From Haliotis cracherodii (taxonomy: Eukaryota): DNA of 64,000 bases. The stretch covers positions 2,108,001-2,172,000 of the forward strand of contig NW_027266308.1 in the NCBI RefSeq assembly GCF_022045235.1. The letters are read 5' to 3'. How positions within the stretch are numbered: position 1 is the first letter of the stretch; every line of letters starts with the position of its first letter. The notes below the pieces were generated by a model, which was not told where the DNA came from, searched no databases, and saw only the letters and a list, made by a program, of their open reading frames with translations. This document shows positions 1 to 13,530 of the stretch, piece after piece. Position numbers and translations under genes: made by a program.

Positions 1-689
1 TAACTGTAATACTGTTAAAAGCGGCGTTAAACCCAACTCACTCACTCTATATATGTACACCACTCACTCACTCACTCAATGACAGCTACACACTTTGCCA
101 CCTCACCACAATGTCTGATCCGTGCTAAATACAAACATGTGATTCGTGCCAACCACTGCCTTTTTCACAATAGACGTCGAAGTATTCACGATCGGAAGGT
201 TTCTTCATAAGACCTGACTTGTTCTCTCAAACCAACACAAACACTTCTCAGTAAACACAACAGCATAATGACCTCTAAATCGAATCTTTTTTACAAATTT
301 CAGTTTATTAAATGTCAAATATGACAGTTTCCTTGTGTTGAAATATATATAATTGATAGGCAACAAATCGGACGAAATTATTTATAAAAGTGCCGACACG
401 GCTTCTGCGGATGTTTAAAGTCATCCTTCTTCGCCCATTCTAAAAGTAAATAAATCTCCTGACATTTTGTTTATGTTTTTTGCCTATGTTCCATGAGATT
501 TAACCGCTCTCATAAAATCCATACATTGGCTTAATATTTGCAAAACTTAAATAGATAAGATATCTTTTGAAATAAACTTCCTCTCGGTGTTCACATAGTG
601 GAGAAAAATATCTCCCGGAGACGCTTGGTAGGGGAGGGAGGGAGGGTGTGTGTGGGTTTGTTGAGGAGGTGATGGGGGGTGGGGTGGGT

Positions 690-724
<35 letters not shown>

Positions 725-1311
725 GGGGGGGGGGGGGAGGGGGGGGGGGGTCACACAATGACATACCCCGCGTTGTTAAAACAAAAACTGATATATCTCA
801 AACAGATATATACTTTCACGGTCTTGCTTCAGTCTCCCATATCCCTGTTAAATCTGCCCATAAAAAAAATATGACACGTTCTGTTAAATTATAAGAATAA
901 AATCAAGAAAAGGATTTACGTCACAAGTAACACGTACGTGGGAACACGGACCCAAATTTCTTTGGGACAATTAATGTATATATGTCAGCAACATTTGAGA
1001 ACTTTTTCGGACTACACGCTATGTATAACTTGTTGATTAAGTGGCAGAGACGGTATTTCGCTCTTTTTCGTGACATAATGTATTTGCCTACATTGTTTCT
1101 ACATTCCGGCGTTCTTTAAGTCGACGTGAGTTTATAAAGCAGCGTCCTTGCGTTGGAATTTATTACTCGAACTTAACTCGATATGTCGACGAAATATGGT
1201 CATGACTTCGGCAGAACCCTCTTTGCAACTGTGGTCTTATCAAGGCGAAACCTTTTTACCAGCATCAAACAATATAATACTAAAACATGCATGTATAAAC
1301 TCCATACTTAC

Positions 1312-1561
1312 GTTTGTTTGTTTGTTGTTTAACGCCGCACTCAGCAATATTCCAGTTATATGACGGCGGTCTGTAAATAACCGAGTCTGGACCAGACAAT
1401 CCAGTGATTGGCATCATGAGCATCGATCCACGCAATTGGGATACGATGACATGCATCAACAGAGTCATCGCGCCTGACCACCCGATCCCGTTAGTCGCCT
1501 TTTACAAGAATATTCGCCTTTTATGGCAAGCATGGATTGCTACCCTGCATCTTCACGGGTC
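1312..1561 (-). mobile_element. Family A SINE-like retroposon, full length
   Basis: The reverse strand starts GACCCGTGAAGA, contains the AAAAGGCGACTAACGGGATCGGGTGGTCAGG core and ends GCGGCGTTAAAC plus (CAAA)n. Confidence 0.85.
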
Positions 1562-2834
1562 ATGTGCATATATTTTGTAGTTTGCAAAATATCGCCAATG
1601 TTTCTTCATGGAATGTTGCGCATATAAATATCGTATCTTATTTTTAACGGTAACGGTTTCGAACTACTATATCTTGAGTATTGTTGACTGGGGCATAAAA
1701 CAACATCCACCAATGTGCCCCCTCATACGTTCAGAAAATCGTTTTTAGAAAAGAAAATTCATGCATTCGGTTTATTAGATATAAAGAGGACAGATTTTCT
1801 TGTATACATTGGTCATGTTTACCCGGAATGGAATCTGACGCGTTACTCACAAAACTGTGTACCTCCGCCACTCTTCTCGTGAGATAGTCCATATACTAGC
1901 GTGAAACAGGCAATCAAAAACAGAAATTAACATGGCTAGCATGTGTCTAAACAAACGAGTCTGGGGGCAATTACACCACGTGAAATCTACAACACCTGCC
2001 CGCGAAGACACTTGATAAAGTAGCTCCCTCGTAACTGATCATGACAGCGCGACTCACGGAGCCCTCCCCTCGCTGCCTCGCAACGCAACTCTTCATGAAT
2101 GTTCTCTATAGATGTATTTTGCAGCGCTTTAAGGGATATCTCGTTAATCTGAAAATGCACGTGCAAGTGCAAAAAAAGTACGTCTGTAACCATTTTCATT
2201 ATAGATTGTTTACTTAAGACTTAGTGAGATTATAATCACTTCTAAGGTCGAAGCTTTAAGCTTGGTTTTAAAGAGATAATCATTTTGAAGAAAGTGAGTC
2301 TTTTTTCACGCGAGTTTGGTACAAAGACAACCTCCGCGATGGACCGTTAATATCTTTGAAATATTTTCTAAACATCTTGCATACATTAGTTCTAGAGTAA
2401 TCGCTTAAATCATGTCGGCGAAATAACGGACTTAAAAGTTTAAAGAGGCATTTTAATTTGCCATCAAGGGTTTATCCAGGGCTCAATTCATTACAAAGTA
2501 GGGATACAAAAATGCTATCGCGAACAATAAAATATTAAATTAAAAAGTAAAATTCCGAACAGAATGCCCGTTAAGATGCTGGTCGTGTTGTGATATCTCA
2601 TCAGAAGACTTCATGTGACAGCTGCCTTCTTGAAAAAATATGAGTAATTACTGGCAAACAGACACTACACGCAGCGCGTTTAACACATTTTATGCGTTGA
2701 AAGCATGTTGAACATTCGAAACGTCTGCACGATTTTAGGTCCACAGACATAATTGAATTAACTCCACTGATATAGATGATAAGATAAGAGTTGAACGATT
2801 CTCTATTATGGATGTGTGACCGCTGGAAGTTCAC

Positions 2835-3114
2835 AAACTGTACAGTTCTAGAGAAAGCTGTACAGTTCTAGAGAAAACTGTACAGTTCTAGAGAAAACTG
2901 TACAGTTCTAGAGAAAGCTGTACAGTCCTAGAGAAAGCTGTACAGTTCTAGAGAAAGCTGTACAGCTCTAGAGAAAACTGTACAGTTCTAGAGAAAGCTG
3001 TACAGATCTAGAGAAAGCTGTACAGTTCTAGAGAAAGCTGTACAATTCTAGAGAAAGCTGTACAGTTCTAGAGAAAACTGTACAGTTCTAGAGAAAACTG
3101 TACAGTTCTAGAGA
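2835..3114. repeat. 20-bp minisatellite, ~14 copies (CTGTACAGTTCTAGAGAAAR)
   Basis: Direct tandem periodicity. Confidence 0.95.
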
Positions 3115-3187
3115 GTCATCGGTACAGATACAGGAGTAGGGAGAACGCCGAGTTAAGTAATGGTGCAAACATATCTTGAATTGGCCA

Positions 3188-3437
3188 GAGACCCGTGAAG
3201 ATCCGGGTAGAATAGGCCTTCAGCAACCCATGCTTGCCGTAAGAGGCGACTAACGGGTTCGGGTGGTCAGGCTCGCTGGCTTGGATGATGCATGTCATCG
3301 TATCCTAATTGCGTGGATCCATGCTCATGATGTCAATCACTGGATTGTCTGGTCCAGATGCGATTATTTACAGATCGCCGCATAGCTGGGCTATTGCTGA
3401 GTGCGGCGTTAAACAACAAAGAAACAAACAGACAAAC
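3188..3437 (+). mobile_element. Family A retroposon, full length, 10-bp TSD
   Basis: Starts GACCCGTGAAGATCCGGG. TSD GAATTGGCCA at 3178-3187 and 3438-3447. Confidence 0.9.
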
Positions 3438-3929
3438 GAATTGGCCATGTTGAGAATCGAACCCAGCAGTGTCAGAAACAGGAACTACACAGTCAGATGA
3501 TGATGTCGGAAAAGATGAAGTTGATGGATCAGTAACAAGGATGCTGACAATAGGAAAGAAACATTATCGCACTTACAGAAGAATCAAGATTTCGACAGAT
3601 CCGTGCCAAAATACCACCCGGGTGTTCGGGAGGCCCAGTAGTCTAAGCGACGCAAATCGGAGTTGCGCCCCTTAGCCCTGTCAGGATCTTCTGTCCTTGG
3701 TTCGAATCCATGTCCGGACACTCTGGTTTCATCAAAACCGTAAATTCTACGAATTTGCTTAACTCTTGGCTTCCCTCCAACTAAACCACCGCCACGTTGT
3801 GATATAGCTGAAGCACCAATCATAGTTACGTCAAATCCCAACTCATTCAAAACCGTTCATAATAATACTGCTACAACGAATAATGTTTCTCTAAGAAAGA
3901 AATAGATCTGTCGAATCAAATAAAAACTG

Positions 3930-4590
3930 TGACCATGGTACAACTGTTCCCCCAGCTGATCACTAACCCACTCAGCTGGTCCACATGCCGTTGTTTCATC
4001 CACCTGTCTGCTTGTTGGAATACCAGTGCCTCGCAACATCTCGCCAACATCTCGCCAAACAAACCGTCACACCATACCCTTACCACATACCTCCCCACAC
4101 AACACCGACTGCAGGGGGAGCGAAGTCCCCCATAGCCCCAGAATCCACAGCACGGCGCCTTATCGCCATCATCAGCATTGAAATGGAAAACATATTTGGA
4201 TCGAGTGAGGCCCCCGAATGATGGAGCCACAAGATACAGCATGAGACTAACTAGTATTCCCACGCTACCAGAGGAGCCACGAGATTCTCAGGCTCAAGAC
4301 GGGTTCCCCGTGTCAATCACGCCAATACAGAACCGCAGTAGAGCTGCAAGACACCGGTGCCAAGTTCCCATAAGGTTTCAGCACCTCGCCGACTGAGTCT
4401 ATCCTGGTACTGTACGCGTCATTAAGAGATGAGAAGTGTCAATTAGAGCTTGTTGAAAATGGATTGCCGTTCTCTTTCTTGAACCAATAGTTGTTCTTCT
4501 GTTGCGCTTTATCTCTTCCGTCTGCCATAGGTGAAAAACTGAGTTTGATAGACGCGTATTGTAGAATAAACAAGGACGGGTAGGCTTACC
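3930..4590 (+). mobile_element. Possible Gypsy LTR-retrotransposon 3' relic
   Basis: KWKTYLDRVRP...RSRAARHRCQVPIRF* resembles an integrase tail. A purine tract AAGAGATGAGAAG is followed by TG at 4437, with AATAAA downstream. Confidence 0.35.
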
Positions 4591-7500
4591 TTGTCTCAGA
4601 CCCCTTGGGTAAAGTATCTCGTGGCGCTGACTTCAGTTTGCCAGCAGGATAATTATCGTGGCATTACCCACGTGTTCATTAGTATGGCTGCATGACAGGT
4701 GCACCGTTATATTTGCTTCAGCTATTTTAACCATGTCGTTAATAGCGCATCCATCTAAAGTAGATATAAATATTTATACTTATCTGACATTTCTTTGAGA
4801 ACCTCTAGATTTGAGAATATTTAAATAAATACCATGTATTTAATCCGACGATTTACAAAAGACTAATGACTTTTTAATTACAAATATTTTTCAGGAAGTT
4901 TAAAGGGAAAAGGCGGGGTTCAGGAATAGTTGAAACATGACAATATAAAATATGCATACAAATAAAACTAGCATGCATACAATAAACTACTGTTTTCAAA
5001 GATTTTAATGACGTTAAACCGCAACTAAATCAGGTATTTTCTTTGTGAATTTAACCGTTAATTCATGTTTTGTGATTTATGTAAATCTACGTATTTCACA
5101 AAATGACTTATTCAAGAGTTTTTGTCACCCGAAACACTTAAAACATCTCTTTAACCCAAGAACTCCCATCTGATATAGTCATCAAGCGAAACTGAATATA
5201 CGTTCGAAGAGATACCTTTCACAGTGACATTGAAACGCTAAATAGATTTTATCAGCGATGACAAGATTTATTGAAAACAACTCGTACGACGTAAATGTAA
5301 AAATTCCGCTTATTCTGAAGAACTAACGTATGAGACTTGTTACTCTTAGCACGAAACCGAGGCCATGGGAAAAATAAAAAGACGGAATTCCGATACCTGT
5401 TTTGAAACGAAATTGTATATCTACACCATGGTTCACGGGCCTGTCTAAAATCTGGAAGAAATTGAATAAACAAACAACAGCTAATATCAAAGTGAATTTC
5501 ATAAATTTGAATATAGGAATGAGTGTTGCGCAACTCGAAACCTTTGTTTGGAAAATGTGGTTGAATCTGTTTAAACTTTCACATTCAAGAACTGCACTGT
5601 ACAAATAAACCTATTAAACGGAGTCAAAACGGGGATGTTTTTTCGCCTGTTTTGTGGTTTCGCTTTAACTTGAAGTGCACTCTCATTGTGTTTCAGTTAA
5701 CCCAATCAACCAGAATGAACCTGTATTAGATCAGAATATTACATTTGAGTCGGGGCCAGACATGATTGTGCAAAGAAAATCATTTTCTATTTCTATGTGG
5801 AAGTAACATGACAAAAAGATCCTGCTGCAAAAGAAAAATATCAGTTCAGATGGATGACTATTTTTTATACGGTCCCTGCGTGTCCGGAGGGGACGGGGGG
5901 GGGGGGGGGCTCTATGTTTTTGGGGCGGGGGGTCTGTGTCTGTGTGGGTGTCTACGTGCGATGTGGGTGTCTGTGGGTTGGGCGTGGGGATCGGGGGGGG
6001 GGGGGGGGGAGGGGGGTCAATTTTCCCTGGGGGGATCTACCTCTATTTATGGGGGGTGGGATGTCTGTATGGGTGGGTGTATGTGTACATGTGCTTTTTT
6101 ATCGTTTCATTACATTAATGACAATTTACGTTTTATATAATTTGATTTGAATACAGTGTTCGTTAACCTAAGATGACAATATTTATGTCAGTAACAATTA
6201 ATGTGAACAAAAGAAAGGCATTTTAAAAACTCAAAAATCCGCTAACGTGCATTCGATTTCATACATGGCAGAGGCATTCAGATAAGCAATATTTGCTTGT
6301 TTGCCAATCCCTCCACTTTATGGAAATAAATATGTTTATATCATTTCATACAAATGTTCTGACATCATGATTAAAGTGCTCCTCTCCAAGAGGCATCCTG
6401 TAAGGTAATATAGCTATATATACATGTCTTGGTCTGTTAAATTACCAGCATTAAGGGATGACTCCTTGTAAAGACATATAAACTTAACATATTCATTTTA
6501 CTTACAAGACTGATTGAATATGAAATAAAAACGTTATCACAAAGATCGAACCTAACACAGACATCGCGAGTTGATGACGTCCCACGCCGCTCCTGTCGTC
6601 GCCGATCAGCCCTGATTATCTCATCAAAATCAATTGCACGTGCTGGTGACACGGCCGCCTGACCCCACAGGTCGCGCACGTGTTTGGCCCGGGGGGTAGT
6701 CCAACGCGTAGACAGTCCCGCTGTCATGACGCCCGGAAGGTAGCGTTGTTCCCCGAGGGGTGCGGCTACACGCCCGGGGGTAGAAGCGAATGTAGGCATG
6801 TCCATGTCATTGTTGTCGATAATAGGCTATAATCAGATGATTGATTACATTACTTTCATGGCAATACGTGACGTGAAATCTTTACGTGGGTTTGATCAGC
6901 TGCTGATGGCATATCAGAAAACAATAGGGTGACGATAAATGACTAATTGGGTATTATCAATCTAATCTCATACTGATAGTCGGGGATAGTTTTAAGATAT
7001 TTCCCTGCCTCATGTGATAATATGTTGAAATAAATAACAAACGGGTTACAATATCCTTTTTATTATATTCTACTTCGATGTTTACATCCAGTGTATAGTC
7101 ATATGTTTTATTAGATAAGACAAGATAAGATAATATATTATGTAGATATAAATGAACGCATGACACGCATTAAAAATGTTTTCATTGTGAGAACAGATGT
7201 GTCCACAGGTGTGCGAGTTTATTCCGTAAATACATTTCAACCACATCATACACATCACATAATTTTGAAATAAAGGCCAGACAAAAATAATCATTTATTT
7301 ATTCAAAGATTATGTTCCTGGTTGACCGTATATTTATTCTGAATTCGTAAACATCACGGATCTGCAATGTAGACGAAGAAAGAGCACTCCCTTCCTAGTC
7401 ACCGACATATGCGATGTAAATCTGAGTTGTATAGTGCTAGACACGAAAGAGGCGATGTCAATATCGGGCACAGATCTGTATAATCAAAAATAGATCTCAG

Positions 7501-9384
7501 TCTTCACGATTTCCTTTGTGTATTTCAACTCGCTGATGCCATGGTTTAAGCTTGAATCATACGCAACCATTGATGATGAAAACACGACCGACTTCACTGT
7601 ACCAAACACACTCAAGAAAGAAATATACTCTTTGGAAAACTATCCACACAAAATGTAAATATCGACAATCAAGAAAGTAATTATTTCTCTACATCCCGTC
7701 ATATAATGAAGCCATCGACATCAATTGGGAATGAGGCACGTTATTCCCCGTTAAATAAACAACAAGTCAAAAATATCATGTCGGGCATTTTAATTAAACA
7801 GAAACAGAAGACAGAAACACAAACCTTCATTGCCACACTAACCAAATCGCCCCAAAATGTAATGTTTCTATGTATTCATCAAAAGTGAATAATTGACCAC
7901 TTTCTGTTATAAAGTGGATAATGGAAGTTAATTCTAGTATTAGCAAAGGCAATCTCCTGACTGGAGCTCTGAGGACGTCTTCGTCCCACAACGAATAAAT
8001 GTCAACTTTCACATGTTACCCCGTTCAACGTAGTGGTCCGTCTCATCAGCATGACACGCACGAGATTTACCACAAAAAAAGAACATGCGGAACAGGTGCG
8101 TTTTGGGCGAGCACTTCCATATTAATCGAGTGTATTTGGACAAGCTATACCAACCCAACCAAGAACAACTGTTTCCTTCTGTTCATCAATTGTATTTGTT
8201 TCCATATCTATAATTTCAAACAACAAATACCCGTTGCTCAACCTATGACATTTTTATCCATAACATTATCAAATCTGTTATATTGATATTGTTTAAATTA
8301 TATTTTTGTGTTTAAACAATATCACGTTCCCGCATTCATGTTAAGAGCGTTTAAAGTCATTCATCTGGGTCTCGAGTAGTTGAGGTTAATCGTCTATTAA
8401 ATTTCATATTTCACAACAAATTCTCTCCTCATATTTTTGTCCTGTGCTGATGGAAAAGACCTGGCTAGACTTGCTTTTTATAATCTAGATTGGTTTTTGC
8501 AGAGACCATATACCGACATGGTCTCTGGTTTTAGTTTCATAAAATCCACATGTGGAGGACTAGGTCCGAGGTGTATACAGTGTAAAGGTGGGCCTCTAGA
8601 CACACGAATTAGAATTGAAACTTCCATGACATATTTTCAACAGAGGTGTCAACTTTTAAGCACCTTTTAATCACAATTAATTATTCTTTCCAATAGAGAC
8701 CACCACGCCTAGATGTAATTTTCATGAAATACACACAGTTTTATAGGCAATCAGTCCCCATCTCGGCATTATAAACCAACGAGGCATCTCGTGCTATTTA
8801 CAACGCCTAATGGAATGTATATAGCAGTGCAATTGACAACGACGAACGGTCTACCGGCCAGTGTTCTATTGAGCGTGCAATCCCAACGCCAGGTCTAGCT
8901 GATTGATTACAGTGATTTGTCTTCATAAAAGCGTCTAAAAGTAGGAGATTTGGGTTTTCTGATTTCAGAGAGAAAATTAACACGATACTCATAAACGCAT
9001 TGTGATATAAACAACTCGTCACTGGCTACGTGACATCAACATCATTCAGTGACAACAATAGATTAGTTTTAGTGTCGTTAGTGTCAGGCAAAGTACGGAT
9101 CGTTGAAAAGTGTGATATTTATTAGTCAAGTGAGGAGAGGGGAGAACAACCGATGCCAATGAATAACAATAAATAAAAGAGTAAGACTTTCAACGTGCAT
9201 TGACTTCAAGATGTATGGTTTTGTAATTTACGAAAAAGTCATGGGCGTTTACGCGATGTTGGCACGTTGAGGTTAATCGTTTTTAAGCCCAGAGTATTTG
9301 TGAAATTGATGATGGAATATATTTTTTCATAGCTGTGTCAAGGTCATACTCATACGATGATTGTCAAGGATAAAGGTTTTTTTA

Positions 9385-9574
9385 NNNNNNNNNNNNNNNN
9401 NNNNNNNNNNNNNNNNNNNNNNNNNNNNNNNNNNNNNNNNNNNNNNNNNNNNNNNNNNNNNNNNNNNNNNNNNNNNNNNNNNNNNNNNNNNNNNNNNNNN
9501 NNNNNNNNNNNNNNNNNNNNNNNNNNNNNNNNNNNNNNNNNNNNNNNNNNNNNNNNNNNNNNNNNNNNNNNNNN
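9385..9574. other. Assembly gap; others at 36199-36328 and 38305-38471
   Basis: Runs of N. Confidence 1.
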
Positions 9575-9621
9575 GCCTTTTGCTCAGCTAAACAGTAAAT
9601 GAAACATCTTAGCACTACAGG

Positions 9622-9815
9622 TAGCCTTGCTCCAAGGCTGTACTGAAAGTCCATGGATTTCTAGTAATTCTAGCCTCCTAATAGGCAAATCTAGATATGT
9701 GTACATCTAAGGACTCCAGTCTCTAATAGGGACAACTTGTTCTTATTATTTACATGATCTAGAAATTATGATTTAAACTAAAAATCATTGCCTTAGGGAC
9801 TTGTGCAAGTCTCTA
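9622..9815 (-). mobile_element. Family C MITE (~195 bp, TAG...CTA hairpin ends, 9-bp TSD)
   Basis: TAGCCTTGCTCCAAGGCT ... GACTTGTGCAAGTCT. CACTACAGG occurs on both sides. Confidence 0.8.
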
Positions 9816-9854
9816 CACTACACTACACTACAGGGTCAGACAGCAGTTTCAAAG

Positions 9855-10335
9855 AACTATCTTCAATAACGGCGTTACAGGGGAGGATACCTTCAAAGGC
9901 GTTACAGAGGGACTGTCTTCAATGGCGTTACAGAGGGACTGTCTTCAATGGCGTTACAGAGGGACTGTCTTCAATGGCGTTACAGAGTGACTGTCTTCAA
10001 CGGCGTAACAGAGGGACTATCTTTAACGGCGTTACAGAGGGACTGTCTTCAACTGCATTACGGAGTGACTATCACCAACGGCGTAATAGTGGGACTATCT
10101 TCAACGGCGTAACAGAGGGACTATCTTCAGCGGCGTTCCAGAGAGACTATCTTCGACGGCATTACAGAGGGACTATCTCCAATGGCGTTACAGAGAGACT
10201 ATCTTCCATAGCGTTACAGAGGAACTATCCTCCATGGCGTTACAGAGGGACTTCTTCAATACCGTTACAGAGGGACTATCTCCAATGGCGTTACAGAGAG
10301 ACTATCTTCCATGGCGTTACAGAGAGACTATCCTC
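9855..10335. repeat. 26-bp minisatellite, ~18 copies (GGCGTTACAGAGGGACTRTCTTCAAY)
   Basis: Direct tandem periodicity. Confidence 0.95.
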
Positions 10336-10544
10336 CAAGGTGATCATATTGACGTTGTAAATAAGGTGTAAGGGACATTGTCTTTGTGTATTTTCTAATG
10401 TACGGTTCTCATTAATAGCTTAATTAATGGAAACACATGATCATGGTAGAAGAAACGAACAGCAATGTCGAGCATGTTGCTACGCAACCAGCCACGTGAC
10501 ATTCTGTAGCCAGTCGCACCAGTGGGCGCTCACTGCAACCATGT

Positions 10545-10788
10545 TTTGTTTGTTTGTTGTTTAACGCCGCACTCAGCACTATTCCAGCTATATGACGGCG
10601 GTCGGTAAATAATCGAGTCTGGACCAGACAATCCAGTGAATGATATCATGAGCATTGATCCACGCAATTGAGTTACGATGACATGCATTAACCAAGTCAG
10701 CGAACCCGAACACCCGATCCCGTTAGCCGCCTCTTACGACAAGCATGGGTTGCCGAAGGCCTATTCTCTACCCGGATCTTCACAGGTG
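10545..10788 (-). mobile_element. Family A retroposon, full length, 11-bp TSD
   Basis: Matches the family. TSD TGCAACCA(T/C)GT at 10534-10544 and 10789-10799. Confidence 0.9.
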
Positions 10789-11994
10789 TGCAACCACGTG
10801 GTACTTGTGGATCTATTCCTGTTAAGAAACCCAAAGGTAACATTTTTTAAGAACGAAATAAACAAATATATTAGATCCTAGTTGTGTAGTCACATCAATT
10901 TAATCAATCCCCGTCTATAGATACGAATAGGTAACCCATGCTATCTGTATTTCACAAAAATAAAATTGGAAAAAAATGTTGAAAAAAAACAGAAAATCGC
11001 GTTGTTATGTCTTTTTCGTACACCACGTTTAACTGAAATTATGAACACTTTTACAATGTTCATATACAAGTATATCCTGTTACATACGTTGCCATGGCGA
11101 CGGGTATACTCTGTCACGACAATGGTGGACGTACAAGTGGAGATGGCCGTGGGAGCACTCCCCAGTATTTCGAAACGTTGCCGCCGTCATAATAAATTCG
11201 TCAACACCGTAATTACGTTTGTTTACGGTACATAAAAATTCAAATATAATCTCGGTTATTACCCATTCGCATTACCCATACCACACACACAGGTGTACGA
11301 CATAATCACCCGAACTTTACATCATTCCCTGAGGCGAATGACTCGTTTAACTAAACTTATTCGGGTTCTGGTCTCGAGATCTCAGCGGCAAAGGGACATA
11401 ACTACTACGCGTGTGAATGAGTAGTACAGGTGGGCGTGCCTGCCAGCGTGACACATCAGGACCTGTCAGTTTGAAATGTTGTTAATTGCAATTAAGATTG
11501 TAATGACGATGTAATTGTTGTGTTTGATAGTTATTTATGCGTAAATAATAGTTTTCGTTAATATTTTGATTAGGTATTGTGAGTTCACTTAAATATTAGT
11601 TTCTATTTGGGGAGAAAGGTGTGTATTTCCTGAAATTGTCATTTAGAGTCTGACAGCGTGACGTATGACCATTTTAGAAAGGTTTAAACTTGCCCTACGG
11701 CGCACACTCAGACCAGAAAATATGTTATTGCATGGCACTGTAATTTAATTCAAATATTTTCTTTACGTCACGATTTTAATTTTGTCAGTTGTAAACTATG
11801 TTGAAACATTCAGTTCTGTTAGTAAAACTCATCGCTCACAAATTTTATTGTACGTAAGGTTTTTGACACGCACATGAAAATATTTTTTGGAAAAAATAGG
11901 ATCATGAATATACATATAAGAATCATGAATATACATGCACTCATCAACACGAGGGAAAAGTGGTGTGTTTGAGAGGTGTGTGTTTGGGTTGGGG

Positions 11995-12035
<41 letters not shown>

Positions 12036-12605
12036 GCTGTCAGATATATGTACCAAAATAACCACTAAATAGGCCTTTTTTAGGAAACAGACACTTTTTT
12101 AAATCTGGACAAGTGACCCACTTACTTGGTTGATGTTAATGACCCTTTACAGAGGAAATGTCACAAAATAAACTCGTTTTCTAACTTTGAAGGGCGACCC
12201 TTCCAAGACTGATCAAACCAAAAAGTTGAAACAAACCAGGAACCCCCCGAAGAATGGTCAATTTTTGTTGCCAGGACTGTATGACACATGTTTCAGCTGA
12301 GACCAACAAAAGAGCCCAAAATGGAAAATTCTGTATCTGCTATTATAGTCTGTGCAAAAATCATAATCAGATACCTTTATCTGCCAAATTTACTTTGATG
12401 AACGTTGTCAGTAGCACTTGTAAAAATCATAAATATGGAAAGGGTTCTATCGCCTATATTTCCATTTCCGTCATGTTTTCATGCATAAATATATTTATCA
12501 TATTCTCATCTCTACTCCTTATCAATGCTCTATTTTTGTACCAGGTCCCAAGTGGGCGTTTTTGTAGAACAGACATCAAAACACCCCCCCCCCCCCCTCC
12601 CCCCG

Positions 12606-12643
<38 letters not shown>

Positions 12644-12664
12644 GATTGGATGATCGTACATTTC

Positions 12665-13530
12665 TTGATTTAACTAGAGAACAAACATGGATCATACATT
12701 TTACTTTAACTAACGAACAAACATGGATCGTACATTTCTACTTTTACTAGCGAACAAACATTGATCGTACATTTCTACTTTAACTAGCGAACAAACATGG
12801 ATCCTACATTTCTACTCTAACTAACGAACAAACATGGATCGTACATTTCTACTTTTACTAGCGAACAAACATTGATCGTACATTTCTACTTTAACTAGCG
12901 AACAAACATGGATCTACATTTCTACTTTAACTAACGAACAAACATGGATTGTACATTTCTACTTTAACTAACGAACAAACATGGATCCTACATTTCTACT
13001 TTAACTAACGAACAAACATGGATCGTACATTTCTACTTTAATTTGCGAACAAACATGGATCTACATTTCTACTTTAACTAGAGACCAAGCATGGATCGTG
13101 CATTTCTACTTTAACTAACGAACAAACATGGATCGTATTTTTCTACTTTCACTAGCGAACAAACATGGATCGTGCATTTCTACTTTAACTAACGAACAGA
13201 CATGGATCGAATTTTTCTACTTTCACTAACGAACAAACATGGATTGTACATTTCTACTTTAACTAACGAACAAACATGGATCGTACATTTCCACTTTAAC
13301 TAGCGAACAAACATGGATCTACATTTCTACTTTAACTAGCGACCAAGCATGGATCATGCATTTCTACTTTAATCAGCGAACATGGATCTCATATTTCTAC
13401 TTTAATCAGCGAACATGGATTTACATTTCAACTTTAATCAGTGAATATGTATCGTACATTTCTACTTCAACCAGCGAACAACACGGACCGTACATTTCTA
13501 CTACTATCAGCGAACAAACATGGATCGTAC
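12665..13530. repeat. 37-bp minisatellite, ~23 copies (AACAAACATGGATCGTACATTTCTACTTTAACTARCG)
   Basis: Direct tandem periodicity. Confidence 0.95.

Noticed and set aside
5014-5668. Possible TTAA-flanked Kolobok-type element
   Set aside because: The terminal inverted similarity is too degenerate to support by eye.
9357-9654. ORFs spanning N-runs (also at 36.1 kb and 38.3 kb)
   Set aside because: Artefacts of assembly gaps.
9803-10360. 185-aa ORF
   Set aside because: It lies within the 26-bp minisatellite.
12665-13530. CRISPR-like appearance of the 26-43-bp arrays
   Set aside because: Units are head-to-tail with no unique spacers, there are no cas genes, and the context is eukaryotic.
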